The notes: generated by a model from the sequence alone, not told the origin. Shown: positions 41,999-56,252, numbered from the stretch's first letter. The stretch: 64,000 nucleotides of DNA from Octopus vulgaris (GCA_951406725.2 OX597818.1:90396001-90460000), one strand, 5' to 3'. Translations and numbers: made by a program.

Positions 41999-43448
41999 AG
42001 TATATTATGTTTACGTAATATGTAAGTATGTATGTATGTGTGCATGTACGCGTGTGTGTGTTTGTGTGTGTGTGTGTGTAAATATATAGATATATAGTAG
42101 TCTTAGTACTACGGTAGCGTGTCTCTTAGTACATCTTGTCGCATGGTTGTGCTGATTGCGCCTAAAACAGCAACCCAGTCAACCCTTATTAGTAAGGACG
42201 GTTGTTTTTGTGGGACAGACATCCTGCTAGCACGAAAAACAAAACCTGTCAAAGGATGGATGTACTCTATTAAGTCAACGTCCACCAATCAGCAGAGAGA
42301 CAACCTAGCCTTTGTAAAACAACCGGAAATGAGGGATCCCTAACTGCCATTTCAACATCGTTTTGAAAAGGGGACACTCATATAAAACTTACGGTTTCAT
42401 TTCATTAATAGTCGGACTCGGAGAATGCTACTTGTGTTGTAATAAATACTGGCAGAAAATATGTTAGAACATTAATGGGAGGAATAGCGTTAGAAGAATT
42501 AGTAAAAAAAATATGTAACATCTAAAGTTAAGCAATTTCAGATGTCAGTGTACGTCTTTGGTTCAGCCTGGTGAAGGTGGTTTTTTTCTAATTGTCTAAC
42601 AGTGACTTTTCAAGTGCTGCGTTTTCGAAATAATTCTGATCTGGTGTTTAAATAAGGACATTCATTATGTAGATTATTGAAGATCATTTCTTTGTTTTGT
42701 TGTGCACAAATTATGCTATTTCTTTCAAAGTTAGCGAAAGATTTAAGCATGCGTGCAGGAAACAACATGTCTTTCCAGTTTGGACAGAATATCCACGAAG
42801 TATTTGCGCAATACAAACATGGAAAGGAAAGATAAAATCTATGAACAGGAGAAAAAACGAAAATCATTAAAAACTATGATATTAAAACCACTATTTAAAC
42901 ACAAGATCAGAGATATCAAGAAATGCATACATTTGGAAAACCACAAGTATCGAAACTCGTGAACACCACCTTGACAGTTTACCGCATCGCCAACCTAAAT
43001 TTGCCGTGTGTACACGCTATATTCAGGCTGCAAAAATACTTTGTTCCTTACCTGATAATTACCATTCTGTAGCTACAAGGAAATATGGTGAGGAAAAGTA
43101 GCTGTTATAGTTGCGAAGAAATATGATAAGGAAGATGCAAATTAAATGAGATAAAAATAGATAAAAACAGAAGTGGGGTAAGAAGAATCGATATTTTTCT
43201 CCTGATTTCACTATTTTTATTCTTAAAATTTCATAACTTGTTTATATTGTGCCCAACTGAAGGGAATTAATGACAATACAATTTCCAGAGAAATAATGCT
43301 AATATTAAATCGTAGAATTACAAGAAATGGATTCTATGGTGTTTTTGTATAATGTTATTATATATAAATAAAATGAAACAAATGTGCAAGTACATTATTT
43401 ACATTACTGATATTTGACGGATATTTGTCATCATCTTGTTTGTTGTTA

Positions 43449-43492
43449 ACACAACGTTTCGGCTGATATAACCTCCAGCCTTCATATGGTGT
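43449..43492 (-). ncRNA. Decayed minimal hammerhead motif next to (ATT)n
   Basis: ACAC CAUAUGA A GGCUG..CAGCC GAAA CG UU GUGU; stems intact, two core substitutions. Confidence 0.55.
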
Positions 43493-43540
43493 GTTGGGGA
43501 CATTTTGAACATGGGTTTTCATTCCTAAGGTATTTTTCGA

Positions 43541-43613
<73 letters not shown>

Positions 43614-44060
43614 TTGATATTAGTAAAGTATAGTCTTTAAAGAAAAATCATGAGGTAAATGTACATTGTACATAGGTGAGCAAAATAAACTCTCAGTATT
43701 TAAGTGATTCTAAATAATTCTAGAGTGTCTGTTAACTTTCCAGAACACACAAGGCTAGTTTTATTCAAAGAAGAGGAATAAAAATTTCATACTGCCATGA
43801 ATTCTTTATTAATTTTTAGAGACAACTTTAATATCCCCACAGTCAATATTGGCAAAAAATAACATTTGCAAATGCAGTAACATAAAATACAAACCAAAAC
43901 GAACATTCACAAAACAACTCGAAAAAAGAACAAACTTTTAACTAGTAAGTCTAAAATGCATGAATGAACAAACTGAGAAAAGATGTACTGTCACTGAAAA
44001 ATAAATGAAAAATAAACACCATGTGGAAGATAACTTAACATATCTAAGTCATCTCTAATA

Positions 44061-44286
44061 TATTTCTTTATTGCCCACAAAGGGTTAAACATAGAGGGGA
44101 CAAACAAGGACAGACAAAGGGAATAAGTCGATTACATCAATCCCAGTGCGTAACTGGTACTTAATTTATCGACCCCGAAAGGATGAAAGGCAAAGTCGAC
44201 CTCAGCGGAATTTGAACTCAGAACGTAACGGCAGACGAAATACCGCTAAGCATTTCGCCCGGTGTGCTAACGTTTCTGCCAGCTCG
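44061..44286 (-). mobile_element. SINE family B, near full length
   Basis: Near-identical to 54716-54942. Confidence 0.9.
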
Positions 44287-45163
44287 ATATGTTTTAGAAT
44301 TAGTTTCAGAATGTCCATGAGGCAACTTGATGTGTTTCACAAGATGGTCCAGCCACAATGGGCCATAATTTTAGGTCTCCCGGTGCTGGTTTGTGTATAC
44401 CTTTGGAGATTTTTGATGGTTTCATTTATACTTTGGATTTTGTGAATTTTAGAAAGACCATAGGACTTACATTTAAAGTTTGTCAAATAGTCTATTTTTT
44501 TAGGCTAGGTCTTTTCCGTGGGTTTCGATTAGTGAAGAGGGGGTTTACCTTTTTTTTTTGGGGGGGGGGGGGGGGTATAATTACTGATTTTTTTCGCAGG
44601 AGTGGCTGTGTGGTAAAAATCTTGCTTACAAACCACATGGTTTCAGGTTCAGTATATATAAATATACTTTATCGTAGACAAAAGAAAGGTGATATTTCAG
44701 CAAAATGTTCTAGGAGAGAAAGGAAAAGAAATAGGGTTGAATTAAATAAATCTTTTATATCAAAGACGTACACTGACATCTGAAATTGCTTAACTTTAGA
44801 TGTTACATATTTTTTTACTAATTCTTCTAACGCTATTCCTCCCATTAATGTTCTAACATATTTTCTGCCAGTATTTATTACAACACAAGTAGCATTCTCC
44901 GAGTCCCAGTGCAGGCTGAAGCGAGACGACTATTAATGAAATGAAACCGTAAGTTTTATATGAGAGTGTCCCCTTTTCAAAACGATGTTGAAATGGCAGT
45001 TAGGTATCCCTCATTTCCGGTTGTTTTACAAAGGCTAGGTTGTCTCTCTCATTCCCTGCTGATTGGTGGACGTTGACTTAATATCAATTTTGGATTTCCT
45101 CATGATTTTTGTACAAAATCCACTTAGTGCTGGAATCTTCTTTTACAGAAGACAACAACCACT

Positions 45164-45208
<45 letters not shown>

Positions 45209-45209
45209 A

Positions 45210-45267
<58 letters not shown>

Positions 45268-45901
45268 TTACTACTACTACTACTGCTGCTAGCAGCAGCA
45301 CACAAACCAGTCACAAACAGCATGTGAACTTTCGGAACTGGTAGAATGACAATCTCCTTCAAACTTTAGTAACCGGTTACAATTTTTGTCCATTGTATAA
45401 TTCTCAGTGTTCTGTTTTTCTATTTTTTTAATTATATTTACTCGGGTAAATCTTCTAACATTTTTAACATACACACATACAGAACACCCCGCCACATGAA
45501 AACACTCACACACACACACGCACACACACACACACGTATACATCTACACATCCCTGAATTATAAGAAATATTATTAAATGCACATGATGGGTAATTATTA
45601 AACAGAAGTATGTTAAATACTAATATTAATTTCTTAAGGAATAATGCAAGTGCAACAGGCGTATATTTTTTCTATGACACTGTCAGTCACAGGTAAAAAT
45701 AATCATGTCACGCGGCAGGTAACTTGCGTATAATAAGTATATGATTGAGTTCTTAAAATTTTGTTCATTCGTCTGGTACCATAACCCGGACTTATTCATT
45801 CGTCTGGTACCATAAACCCGGCATTGTGCATGACGATATGTCATGTCTCATCATTGCAAACACTCGTATGTACTTCTCGACAGGATAATACATACATACA
45901 T

Positions 45902-45992
<91 letters not shown>

Positions 45993-46201
45993 TATGTGTG
46001 TCTGTGTGTGTGTGTGTCTGTATTGTATAAGTACAGGGCTTGAGATTTTGCAGGAAGTGGCTTGAAAATTGTTCCGAAAGAGCTCGACTGGTACATATCT
46101 AATCAATATTCTATTGAAAGGGTAATATATATACAGGTTTGACCAAGAGTCACCCGGCATTAAACCAAAATGTGACATGTGTGGTTGGATGTGTGTATAT
46201 A

Positions 46202-46275
<74 letters not shown>

Positions 46276-46304
46276 CATATATATATACATATACATATAT
46301 ATAT

Positions 46305-46357
46305 TTCTTTTTTTTTAGTTTCAGCACAGAGCTGCGACCATGTTGATGCACCGCCGT
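46305..46357 (-). mobile_element. Isolated CR1-type 3' tail inside (TA)n
   Basis: ggcggtgcatcaacatggtcgcagctctgtgctgaaactaaaa matches the CR1/SINE A tail. Confidence 0.6.
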
Positions 46358-46385
46358 GTATGTATGTATATATAAATATACATAC

Positions 46386-46490
<105 letters not shown>

Positions 46491-47327
46491 TATATATATA
46501 TATACATATATATATACATGCACACACACATATATATATATTTATAAATCTGTATGTGTGTATGTGTTTATATGTGTAACGTACAATAATTCCTTATTTC
46601 TGTGCAGCTCTTTAGATATGTCGCTCGTTCGCATATAAATATACATGAACGAGTTCTGCTTAATTGTACCACACACTTAAGCAATATCAAAAGCGACAGT
46701 TATGTCTGAAAGATGAAATCAGAACCCAAATATTCTCAGCTCAGTAACTTTACAGAAGATGAGAGAGAAACCAACCTCTTAAGAGTAGGTAAAGCTATTG
46801 CAAGCTACTACTTTGCTAGCATAACGAAACTGTTATTTAGAATATATATTGCAATCCTCGAGCGTTTTTAGCTAAACACTATGTACTACATGATGCGTGT
46901 CTCTGAGAGAATGTACGTGAGTGAGTCTTTATATTAATGGGTGTAAGCATATTCAGGTATGTGGTGTTGTGTGTGTTCGGGAATAGGGGCGTATTAGCTT
47001 TTTTTTTGTGTGTATGTGAAGAAAACTATACCCGAAACACTTCGATGCGGAATAAGTGTAAGGTAGCTTAAACGATATTGGAATCCTCCAAATCGCACGA
47101 ACCAAATGGCTAATGAGAAAACAAAGGTATTGATTTTCGTGAAAGTATAGCTAGCGATATCTGGCTTGAGTCACAACGAAGTGTATTGAAAAATATGAGA
47201 ACTGACTAAACAATGTTTCCGATCATAACACTATGACAGAACAAAGGGTAGAATAGTAGGGCGTAAAGCGCACGTTTAAAATGCTCCAACAAAAACTATA
47301 TAACGCCTAGATTAACTTAAATGCACC

Positions 47328-47372
47328 ACAGTCCAATGATAGCTTAGCTGGCCGAAACTTCGAAGTTACTGT
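47328..47372 (+). ncRNA. Decayed hammerhead motif with an 8-nt palindromic stem III
   Basis: ACAGU CCAAUGA ...GGCC GAAA CUUCGAAG UU ACUGU; related fold-back copy at 48780-48910. Confidence 0.45.
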
Positions 47373-48504
47373 CAATACTATTCTGGTTAAAGAATAATAA
47401 AATTTTACTCTTCAAATTATGTAGTAACGTAAAATTGTTTTTATAACTGAACATAAAAATATAGCTTTCAACCGTTGATATGTATATATAAAAGAAAATA
47501 CAGGAGGATTTTATTCAACATAGTCTTCTCTCAAATTCACTCACTTATTTTAGTGGTCCTTCAGTTTTTCTAAGCATTGTAAAAGAATACGGAATATTGG
47601 GCCTCCAACTGTTCTTTCACGATACTCTTAAAGCTAGGAACTTTTCAGCACCCCTTGATATCTGGCCTGTTGAAATCTTATTTAAGACGCGATATACACA
47701 ATACGCCCATTTGTGTGCAAATAGACGCAAAAATAGCTGCTGTTCATTGTCGAAATATATCTGCTATCTAAAGAACTGCATAGTGTAAAAGTACATAATT
47801 AAATGGAAAGTTCCTGTTGATGCGAAACAACAACTGCAACATAAGTGCAGCTGATAAACTCATGATAACAACACTGTCGGTTAATGTATTTATTGAAGGG
47901 ACGAAAAACATTTTCTTCTGTGCTTTTAATAAAATTGAAATTATATTTTTTCGAAGATCTCCCGGTCCCAGATGGATTACAACTCTATTGGAGATATGAA
48001 CCTCGCTTTAAAAATACTGTCACACGGCAGCCAATTTTAACTACAACTCTTTAAAATGTTACATGAATATTTGAGAAACTTTATTTTATTCTATTTCCAC
48101 AATCCGGTTGCACATTTGTAGAACTCCCTTGGTTGTCCAAGATGCCCGTATTTTGCTCTTGTAACGAACGTATCAGCTGCATTTGCTTAAACCCATATAT
48201 TGTCCACTTGAATTTCATAGTCTCTTAACTCTGAAGTCGATTGTAGAGGAAATGTACAGAGCGGATAACCTCTCACTGACTACTAGAGATATAGTCGGCA
48301 GCGGGTAAATGAATGAAACAACTATTCTCAGCAACATTGAATGGTAAATTGCTATCACTCGTTCGGTGTATTTTACGTAATATGATATAATACATATAGA
48401 CACATGTACACACATATATAAATGTTTGTTTTATGTTCAGTCATAATCCTCCTCCTCCTCCTCCTCCTCCTCCTCATCATCATCCTCCTCCTCCTCCTCC
48501 TCCA

Positions 48505-48715
48505 CTATAGGCACATGGTCTGAAGTTTGGGGCAGAGGGATAATTGATTACATCGACCCCAATAATTAATTGGTACATATTTTATCGACCCCAGAATGAT
48601 GAAAGGATGTAAGACGAAGTCGAACTCAGCGTAATTTGAACTCAGAACGTAAGGACCGGCTAAATGCCGGAAGTATTTTACCCGGCGTGCTAACGGTTCT
48701 GCCAGCTCGCTGCCT
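48505..48715 (-). mobile_element. SINE family B
   Basis: gattacatcgacccc..aatttgaactcagaacgta..tgccagctcgc. Confidence 0.8.
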
Positions 48716-48779
48716 TTTTTTTTTTTTTTAACATAAATCAGAAGGGTTACGCAATAAGTTTGTAGAGTACAAATTTATT

Positions 48780-48910
48780 ATTCTTAAAGAACAATATTAC
48801 TGATTATTGATGGTGACTTCGAAGTTTCGGCCCGCTAGGCATCTGCGGACGTTGGCTTAGTGGGCTGAAACTTCGAAGTCACAGCCAATGACCTTCTTGC
48901 TTTAAAATTA
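48780..48910. repeat. Short fold-back element
   Basis: gtgacttcgaagtttcggcccgcta versus tagtgggctgaaacttcgaagtcac. Confidence 0.7.
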
Positions 48911-50000
48911 TATTTGTGTGTGTAAATGTGTGTGTATATATATATATATATACCTTGTGTACAGAAAACAGAAAAAAAGACAGAGAGACATTGGAAAGAT
49001 CAAATAAAGACTATCCATCTAGATTATCAGAACAAAGAACCAAACCAACACACATACAAACATACATACATATACGCTGAGACACATATATTCACTTGCA
49101 AATTTCGATGCCAAGGGATACGCAAGTTAATGATACTAGCTTGTTTGGGAAACTGACATTCTCACTAACTACAAAATGTCAAACGAAGGAATTATATCAA
49201 GATTTTTGTACGAAGATTATTCCTCGAAGTGTGTCAAGTTGTATGAGTGGAGCGTTGAAAGAAACAAAGGTACTAGGCTTGGATTACATGTACTTTGAAA
49301 ACGTTAGCGAATAGACGCGTCTTGAAGAGGAGAAGGGAAATGACGGCGATTCTATTTGCAGGCAGTTTTATTGCGATACATTGTTGTTTGTAGCAAAAGC
49401 TGTTTGCTATTAGATCATCAGGTTTCATAGCTAGAGGTAAGTGATATAACAGACTGCTATATAGAATTTCTTTAAAGAACAATGAACTTAAATCACTCGT
49501 TCATAATTCTTTACCCCGCTTGAGTTCATCTATCATATACGTATGTATGTAGGTTTTATGCATGTATGTATGCATGTTTTTTTATGTATGTATGTATATA
49601 TATATATATGCATGAATGAATATATGTGTGTATGTACGTATAAGTGCATGTGTGCATGTACTTGAGAACGAATATATGAATCTATGTATAGATGTATACG
49701 TATGTATGTATGTGTGTATATATATATCTATGTATATTTGTATGCATGCATGCAGGTATGTATGGATGTATGAATGTATGCATCAATGTAAGACTATATG
49801 CATGCATGTATATGTGTATGTATGTCCTGGGTAGGACTTGAAACTATATCCGGTATGGGAGTTCTAGAGTTTGAGGAGCGGGGAACCATCTCTTTGCCAT
49901 GATTGTCCTCAGGTCAACTCTGAACCGAGGTAGTAGCACCTGCTAGGTCCCAGTATCCCCACCCCTCCCCCACATATATATATATGTTTGTATATGTATA

Positions 50001-50373
50001 TGCAGGAGTGGCTGTGTGGTAAGTAGCTTGTCTACCAACCACACGGTTGCGGGTTCAGTCCCACTGCGTGGCATCTTGGGCAAGTGTCTTCTGCTATAGC
50101 CCCGGGCCGACCAATGCCTTGTGAGTGGATTTGGTAGACGGAAACTGAAAGAAGCCTGTCGTATATATGTATATATATGTATATGTGTGTGTGTTTGTGT
50201 GTCTGTGTTTGTCCCCCTAGCATTGCTTGACAACCGATGCTGGTGTGTTTACGTCCCCGTCACTTAGCGGTTCGGCAAAAAGAGACCGATAGAATAAGTA
50301 CTAAAGGTGGTGCTCCAGCATGGCCGCAGTCAAATGACTGAAACAAGTAAAAATAGTAAAAAGAGTAAAAAGA

Positions 50374-50375
<2 letters not shown>
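50001..50375 (+). mobile_element. SINE family A, full length (tRNA-like head, internal microsatellite, CR1-like tail)
   Basis: tggctgtgtgg A box, ggttcagtccc B box, tail ggtggtgctccagcatggcc..gactgaaacaag(taaaagag)n. Confidence 0.9.
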
Positions 50376-50426
<51 letters not shown>

Positions 50427-50427
50427 C

Positions 50428-50495
<68 letters not shown>

Positions 50496-51379
50496 GAGAG
50501 TGATAGAGATAGAGAGAGATATATAGAGAAGATATATATAAAATTGTTATTTGCACCGCGTACAGATCTGGATTAACCATTTGTATATTTATTCTTAAAA
50601 TCTTTTGGTAGCTTCATACACGTAATATGGTGATTACTACAGTGTACATCATAGGATATAACTATCTCTCTTTTACGGCGGTAGTGTGTTCATCACACGT
50701 GACTCACTGGCACAGAGGATTCTAAAATGTTTGTGTCTCGCCATATTGTGCCTCCTCAGACAGAAGTACTCCGGACTTTTGACTCTGTCCAAGCACGTGG
50801 CTTTGTTTATAGTTTCAGCGAAGAAATTGTTTGCTGATCTGTGTATATATAGACATATATCTGCCAACCGATAAAAAATCGTTATTTATACCGTATATGC
50901 ATAAAAGCATAATCTGTAAATCCTGTCTATTTGTGAATATACAAATAGATAGCTAGATATACTAAAAGACAAACAAACTCCTATCAAATACTGATGAATA
51001 GGTAGAGTTACAAATGATTAAATACATTGATAAGTATAGAAAGACGAGCAAAACGTCCCCCGTTCAATAGACGGTGCTGAGTTGTCAAACATTTAAACCA
51101 AATTTTCTCAAAACTTTTCATTAAAACATATTTAAGCATGCCTTTATTTCAATAAAATTTTTGGTTTTGTTAAACGAAGTTAAGGCGAAAAAAAAATTAT
51201 TGAGAAACCAAATAGTCTTTCTTTGCTTCATGCCAAGTTTGAAGAAAATATTTCTTTTGCATCTTACTTTTCTGGTCTCTTAAATATCTCTTTTGCATAT
51301 TACATTATTGGTCTCTTAAATATCTCTTTTCCATCTTACTTTTTTGGTCTCTTAAATATACTGCATTTTGCGGCGTTAT

Positions 51380-51665
51380 TTCAAGCCAGCCAGCTTTTTT
51401 GCGCAAACTGCAGGTGCATTTTTCTCGCGTACGCGTAGTATCGATCGCAACAGCTGATGTACGTGCGCGTACAAATGCACGTTACCACGGTTTTATCGAT
51501 CGCATTCTCACCTGGAATCGATTTTTGTAATTATTTCAAGATTTGTACACGGCCTGATACCGTCGGTATCTACATATCAAATTTGAGCGCAATCGGATGG
51601 AGGATGCCCGAGATCCTAGAAGACATACACATAGACAGACATAACGGATTTTAAATAATAGATAG
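51380..51665 (+). mobile_element. Possible Helitron/Helentron-type (DINE-1-like) end
   Basis: acatatcaaatttgagcgcaatcgg..gacagaca..tttaaataatagat; a similar end lies at 61040-61130. Confidence 0.4.
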
Positions 51666-52158
51666 TTAGAAGCACACCTATTTGTATGTCAATAGTATGC
51701 TTTAGCTACTATATTTATCTAATATTGTGTTTTGACAGAAATACTTCAATTATTTTAACCACATACATCCGTTTAGCTAAACGGGAAGCCCCCAGGAAGA
51801 GAGGAGCGGAAAATGGAAGACATGTACGATAAACTTCCATTCGCAGGCTTGTGAATAATGATCTTGACGATAGTTTCTCTTTCACAAGCGGAAGTTGTAC
51901 CTTAGCAATACCATATTTGGAATGGAAACCTCTTCAGGAATTTTATTCTGACAAAAGTTTGCCAGAGGCAAAAGGTTAAGAGGAATTTGTGACAACATTA
52001 AACGACTAAACGGAATGCGCAAAATACGTATCTTACAAAACAACATAATGAAAGATTTACGTGTGAATATCAGCAATGCTAGCAATTTAACAAAGAAAGT
52101 GGGAGAAGGAAAGCTTGTACTGTGCTGCATTATCAATTCATTTATCTTTACCAATAGA

Positions 52159-52322
52159 CGCAGGCTTAGTTATGTGGTAAGAAGCTTGCTTCTCAACGAT
52201 ATTGTTCGGGGATACGTCCCACTGCGTGACACTTTGGTGCAAATGTCTTCTGCTATAGCCTCGGGCTGACCAAAGCCTTGTGAGTGGATTTAGTAGACGG
52301 AAACTGAAAGAAGTCCGTCGTA
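52159..52322 (+). mobile_element. SINE family A head, ending at the (TA)n that precedes the CR1
   Basis: tgtggtaagaagcttgc..gacggaaactgaaagaag.ccgtcgtata. Confidence 0.8.
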
Positions 52323-52347
52323 TATATATATATATATATATATATAT

Positions 52348-53423
52348 GTTCCCTTAAAGACATGTAAAAAGGCTCTTGTAAAGCCACTGCAGATACTCTC
52401 TCAGAGTTTTCGTGCATGTGGTAAACTTCTCAACATGCTAAAAGAAGGTATAATATACCCTGTTCAAAAAGGGGGGAACAGAGCAGATGCTAAAAACCTA
52501 CAGGCCCATCCCTCTGACCTCACGTGTTAGCAAGACAATGGAGCGCATTTTCAGAAAAAGGCTGATCACGTTCCTAGAAGAAAACAACCTACTCACAACA
52601 CACAGCATTGATTCCGTCCAAGGAGGAACTACCTCACACAGTTGCTGCAGCACTTTGACTGGGTACTGAAGCAACAGTTAAATCAGTCAGCTGTAGATGC
52701 GATATACTTCGACTTTGCCAAGACCTTCGACATGGTTAATCATGGCATGAGATGTCACAAGCTGCGAAACCTTGGATGGATTCTGAGGACATTCAGAACC
52801 AGGAAAAGGGAGGACCTGCTACTCCTATGGAAGACTTTCATTCTCAGCCGCTTGGACTACTGCTCCCAACAATGGTCCCCAGAGAGTGTGAAACAAACTG
52901 TGAAACTTGAAGCAATCCAGCGCCAATACACAAAGAAGATTGACTCGATGCAAAAGATGGGCTACTGGGAGAGGCTAAAGGAGCTGAGCCTCTATTCCCT
53001 GGAGAGAATACGAGAGAGATATGCGGTGATATTTTTTGGAAGATCTTGGAGGGCTTAGCTCCCAATTTTGGAATTGACAGCTATACCAATCCTCGAACAG
53101 GACAACACTGCATTATACCAAAGGTCCCGTCTTCCCTATCTAAAATAAGGACATAGTCTGGGTTTCAAGGGCCCGCAACAGTTCAATATCCTGCCAGGCA
53201 ACTTTAGAGATCTACATAGTGTTGATGTGGAAGTTTTCAAGGAACGTCTGGGCAGGTTTCTATCTGAGATAACAAATGAACCCACATCACGGTAGGAGAC
53301 GCAAAGAAGAGCAGCTCCGTCCAACTCGCTACTTCACCAAAATTAATACCGGAAACAACACCGAGTAACAACAGGTGGTGCGCCAGCATATCTTCAGCTC
53401 AGGACTGAAACCAGATAAAAGAC
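52348..53423 (+). mobile_element. CR1-clade LINE fragment with an internal RT deletion
   Basis: YRPIPLTSRVSKTMERI, DAIYFDFAKTFDMVNH fused directly to GWILRTF..SRLDYCSQQWSP..YSLERIRERY; QG and ADD motifs absent; TA flanks. Confidence 0.88.
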
Positions 53424-53600
53424 ATATATATATTTGAAAGTCTATGAGGATTACTTAATACAGTTTTTGAAGTATAAAGGTGATTTTCTTTAAAAAAAAA
53501 AACTATTTAAAAAAGTGTTATGAAATCTTTTATGAGAATGTTACAAACCTTTTTGGGAAAGAAGTTTTTTCAACGTGTGAGCGCATTCATTAAACCTTTT

Positions 53601-53670
<70 letters not shown>

Positions 53671-54442
53671 TGCACATACACACACAGAGGCACATACACT
53701 GCTTTCATTTACACATATATGAAATCAGATATAACAATTATTGATATAAAATTTCAAATGATTTGTGAATCGTTACGTTCTGATGACAGCATGAAACAAA
53801 TGGTAACTCGGAACGCTTGATAAATTCATAGCTGAATAAGCAGAAGTTATTCGAAAAGATATATTAGCGTTATGATCGTGCGTTTTTCTGTTTTACTTTG
53901 AGAGATTATATAGCTAAAGAGAAATCAATGGAAAGTGACTAGGAGAATAACAGATTTAGGTCAGTGATGAAAGGGATAGAGTAGGGCATAGATAGATAGA
54001 TGAATATAAAGGAAATTGTGTGGCGTGGATAGGAGAAACAGGAAATAAGGAAATGGGGAGATTTAGGGAGTAAATACTTTTCTAATATGTGTTGTTACAT
54101 ATGCAAAAGTTTTTATGCAAAACAAACTATTAGTAGTTGAAATCAAATGTAAACGGTATGAAAAAAAAGGTTCACACGAAATGAAATAATGAAAAATAGT
54201 GGCAAAAATATAAGTAATAACTAATTTAAAGATAATTGCTTATAAATGTGGAGTAAATTTTAAAAGGGAGTTCTAGTCAGAAGCAAATTAAAAAGGTTAA
54301 AAGTGGGGAAAACTGGAAGGTTTTGAATAGATGTTGACCCAGTTGATATAAAGGTAAACGTGGCGTATATAAAATCATAAATGCTGAAAGAGTAAAAAAA
54401 AAATGGAAGACAAGTTTTAGGAAAGTGTTGTTTGATTAAATT

Positions 54443-55000
54443 GAAGGCGCGTGGATTAGTGGTTAGGGTATTCGGATCATGATCGCAAGGTCCTGAGTTC
54501 AGTTTCTGGTGACATGTCGTGTCTTTGAGCAAGACATTTTATTTTACATTGTCCCACTCCACTCAGCTGGTAAAAATGAGTTGTACTTGTTTTTCAAAGG
54601 GCCAGCCTTATCCAATTCTGTGTCATTCCGAATCTCCCTATGAACTACATTAAGGGTACAGGTGTCTACGGAATGCTCAACCACTTGCACGTTCATTTCA
54701 CAAGTAGACTGTTCCTATTTCTTTATTACCCACAAGGGGCTAAACACAGAGGGGACAAACAAGGACAGACATAGGTATTAAGTCGAATACATCGACCCCA
54801 GTGCGTAACTGGTACTTAATTTATCGACCCCGAAAGGATGAAAGGCAAAGTCGACCTCGGCGGAATTTGAACTCACAACGTATCGCAGACGAAATACCGC
54901 TAAGCATTTCGCCCGGCGTGCTAACGTTTCTGCCAGCTCGCCGTAGACTGTTCCGTTGATCAGACCAACTGGAACCCTCCTCGTCGTAACCGACCAGGTG
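54443..55000 (+). mobile_element. tRNA-derived SINE (family C-like) containing a nested SINE B
   Basis: gaaggcgcgtgg.ttagtggttag..gagttcagtt..gagcaagacattttatt. Confidence 0.7.
54716..54942 (-). mobile_element. Young SINE family B with a perfect 12-bp TSD
   Basis: TSD gtagactgttcc at 54704-54715 and 54943-54954. Confidence 0.92.
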
Positions 55001-55096
55001 ACAGTGAGTGTGACTGAATTAGAAATTACAGCTATGAAAAAAAAAACAAAAAAAAAACACGTATAAATAATCTTTCTCTCTCTCTCTCTCCCTCAA

Positions 55097-55129
<33 letters not shown>

Positions 55130-55417
55130 TTAATTGATTAAGCTGTCGGAAGACGAAGATATCTTCTTAGTCTTTCTACTCTTTCACCAGCGAAACATCG
55201 AGGATGTGACAGCTAACACGAGAGAGGACTGCGTCAGCTCTTCGCTAATGTTCCTCGCGGTATCTAGATCGGAGTAACATGAAATGAAAAGCCTTGCGTA
55301 AGACTCAGTCCACCACTTGTCCTTGATCAACTAATACTATAACCACTAATCCAACCCCTCCATACATCTATTCTGTTTTTCTAACACCTTATGAGATATT
55401 ACTCAACTTTTATAGTA

Positions 55418-55815
55418 ACCTTTTCTTCTCTAGGCATGAGGCCTGTTATTTTGGGGGAGAGGGGCAGTCGGTTAGATCGACCCAGTACGCAACTGGTATT
55501 TAAATTATCGACCCCGAAAGGATGAAAGGCAAAGTCGACCTCGGCGGAATTTGAACTCAGAACGTAAAAGCAGACGAAATAGCTATTTCTTTACTACCCA
55601 CAAGGGGTTAAACACAGAGAGGACAAACAAGGTCTGACAAACGGATTAAGTCAATTTTATCGACCCCAGTGCGTAGCTGGTACTTATTTAATCGACCCCG
55701 AAAGGATGAAAGGCAAAGTCGACCTTGGCGGAATTTGAACTCAGAATGTAGCGGCAACCGAAATACCGCTAAGAATTTCGCTCGGCAAGCTAACGTCTCT
55801 GCCAGCTCGCTGCCT
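55418..55815 (-). mobile_element. Two SINE family B copies, tandem or nested
   Basis: Core atcgaccccgaaaggatgaaaggcaaagtcgacct occurs twice. Confidence 0.85.
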
Positions 55816-56124
55816 TTCAACTTCCATTATAATAAATGCTTTTTAGACTATTTTAAAAAATATTTCCGCTTCACTTGGAAATATTGCAAACTGTATTATT
55901 CTAATATGTTCGACTCTCTTGACTCAATTATAGATTCAACCATCTGTCACGCTTTCCCTTTATTTTCATTCGCTTGACAAGCTTATTAGAGCGAAGGAAA
56001 CAAACGTTTGTCACACGTCGTTTTAGATTCTAATTGTTAATCAAATTTACCCCCTAGTTTATTTCCTCACCTTTGTGTATGTATGTATGTATGTATGTAT
56101 GTATGTATGTATGTATGTATATAT

Positions 56125-56252
<128 letters not shown>

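Larger units (their letters stand above)
42268..45083. mobile_element. 2.8-kb element bounded by about 300-bp inverted repeats
   Basis: Arms 42268-42560 and 44761-45083 nearly identical apart from two indels; ends tattaagtc...gacttaata. Confidence 0.8.

Noticed and set aside
45764-45822. Short tandem duplications (also 28928-28985 and three units at 51250-51360)
   Set aside because: Local slippage; no unique spacers, so not CRISPR-like
53772-53815. ctgatgacagcatgaaac..gta hammerhead-like words
   Set aside because: Stem II cannot form without consuming G12, and stem I is out of register
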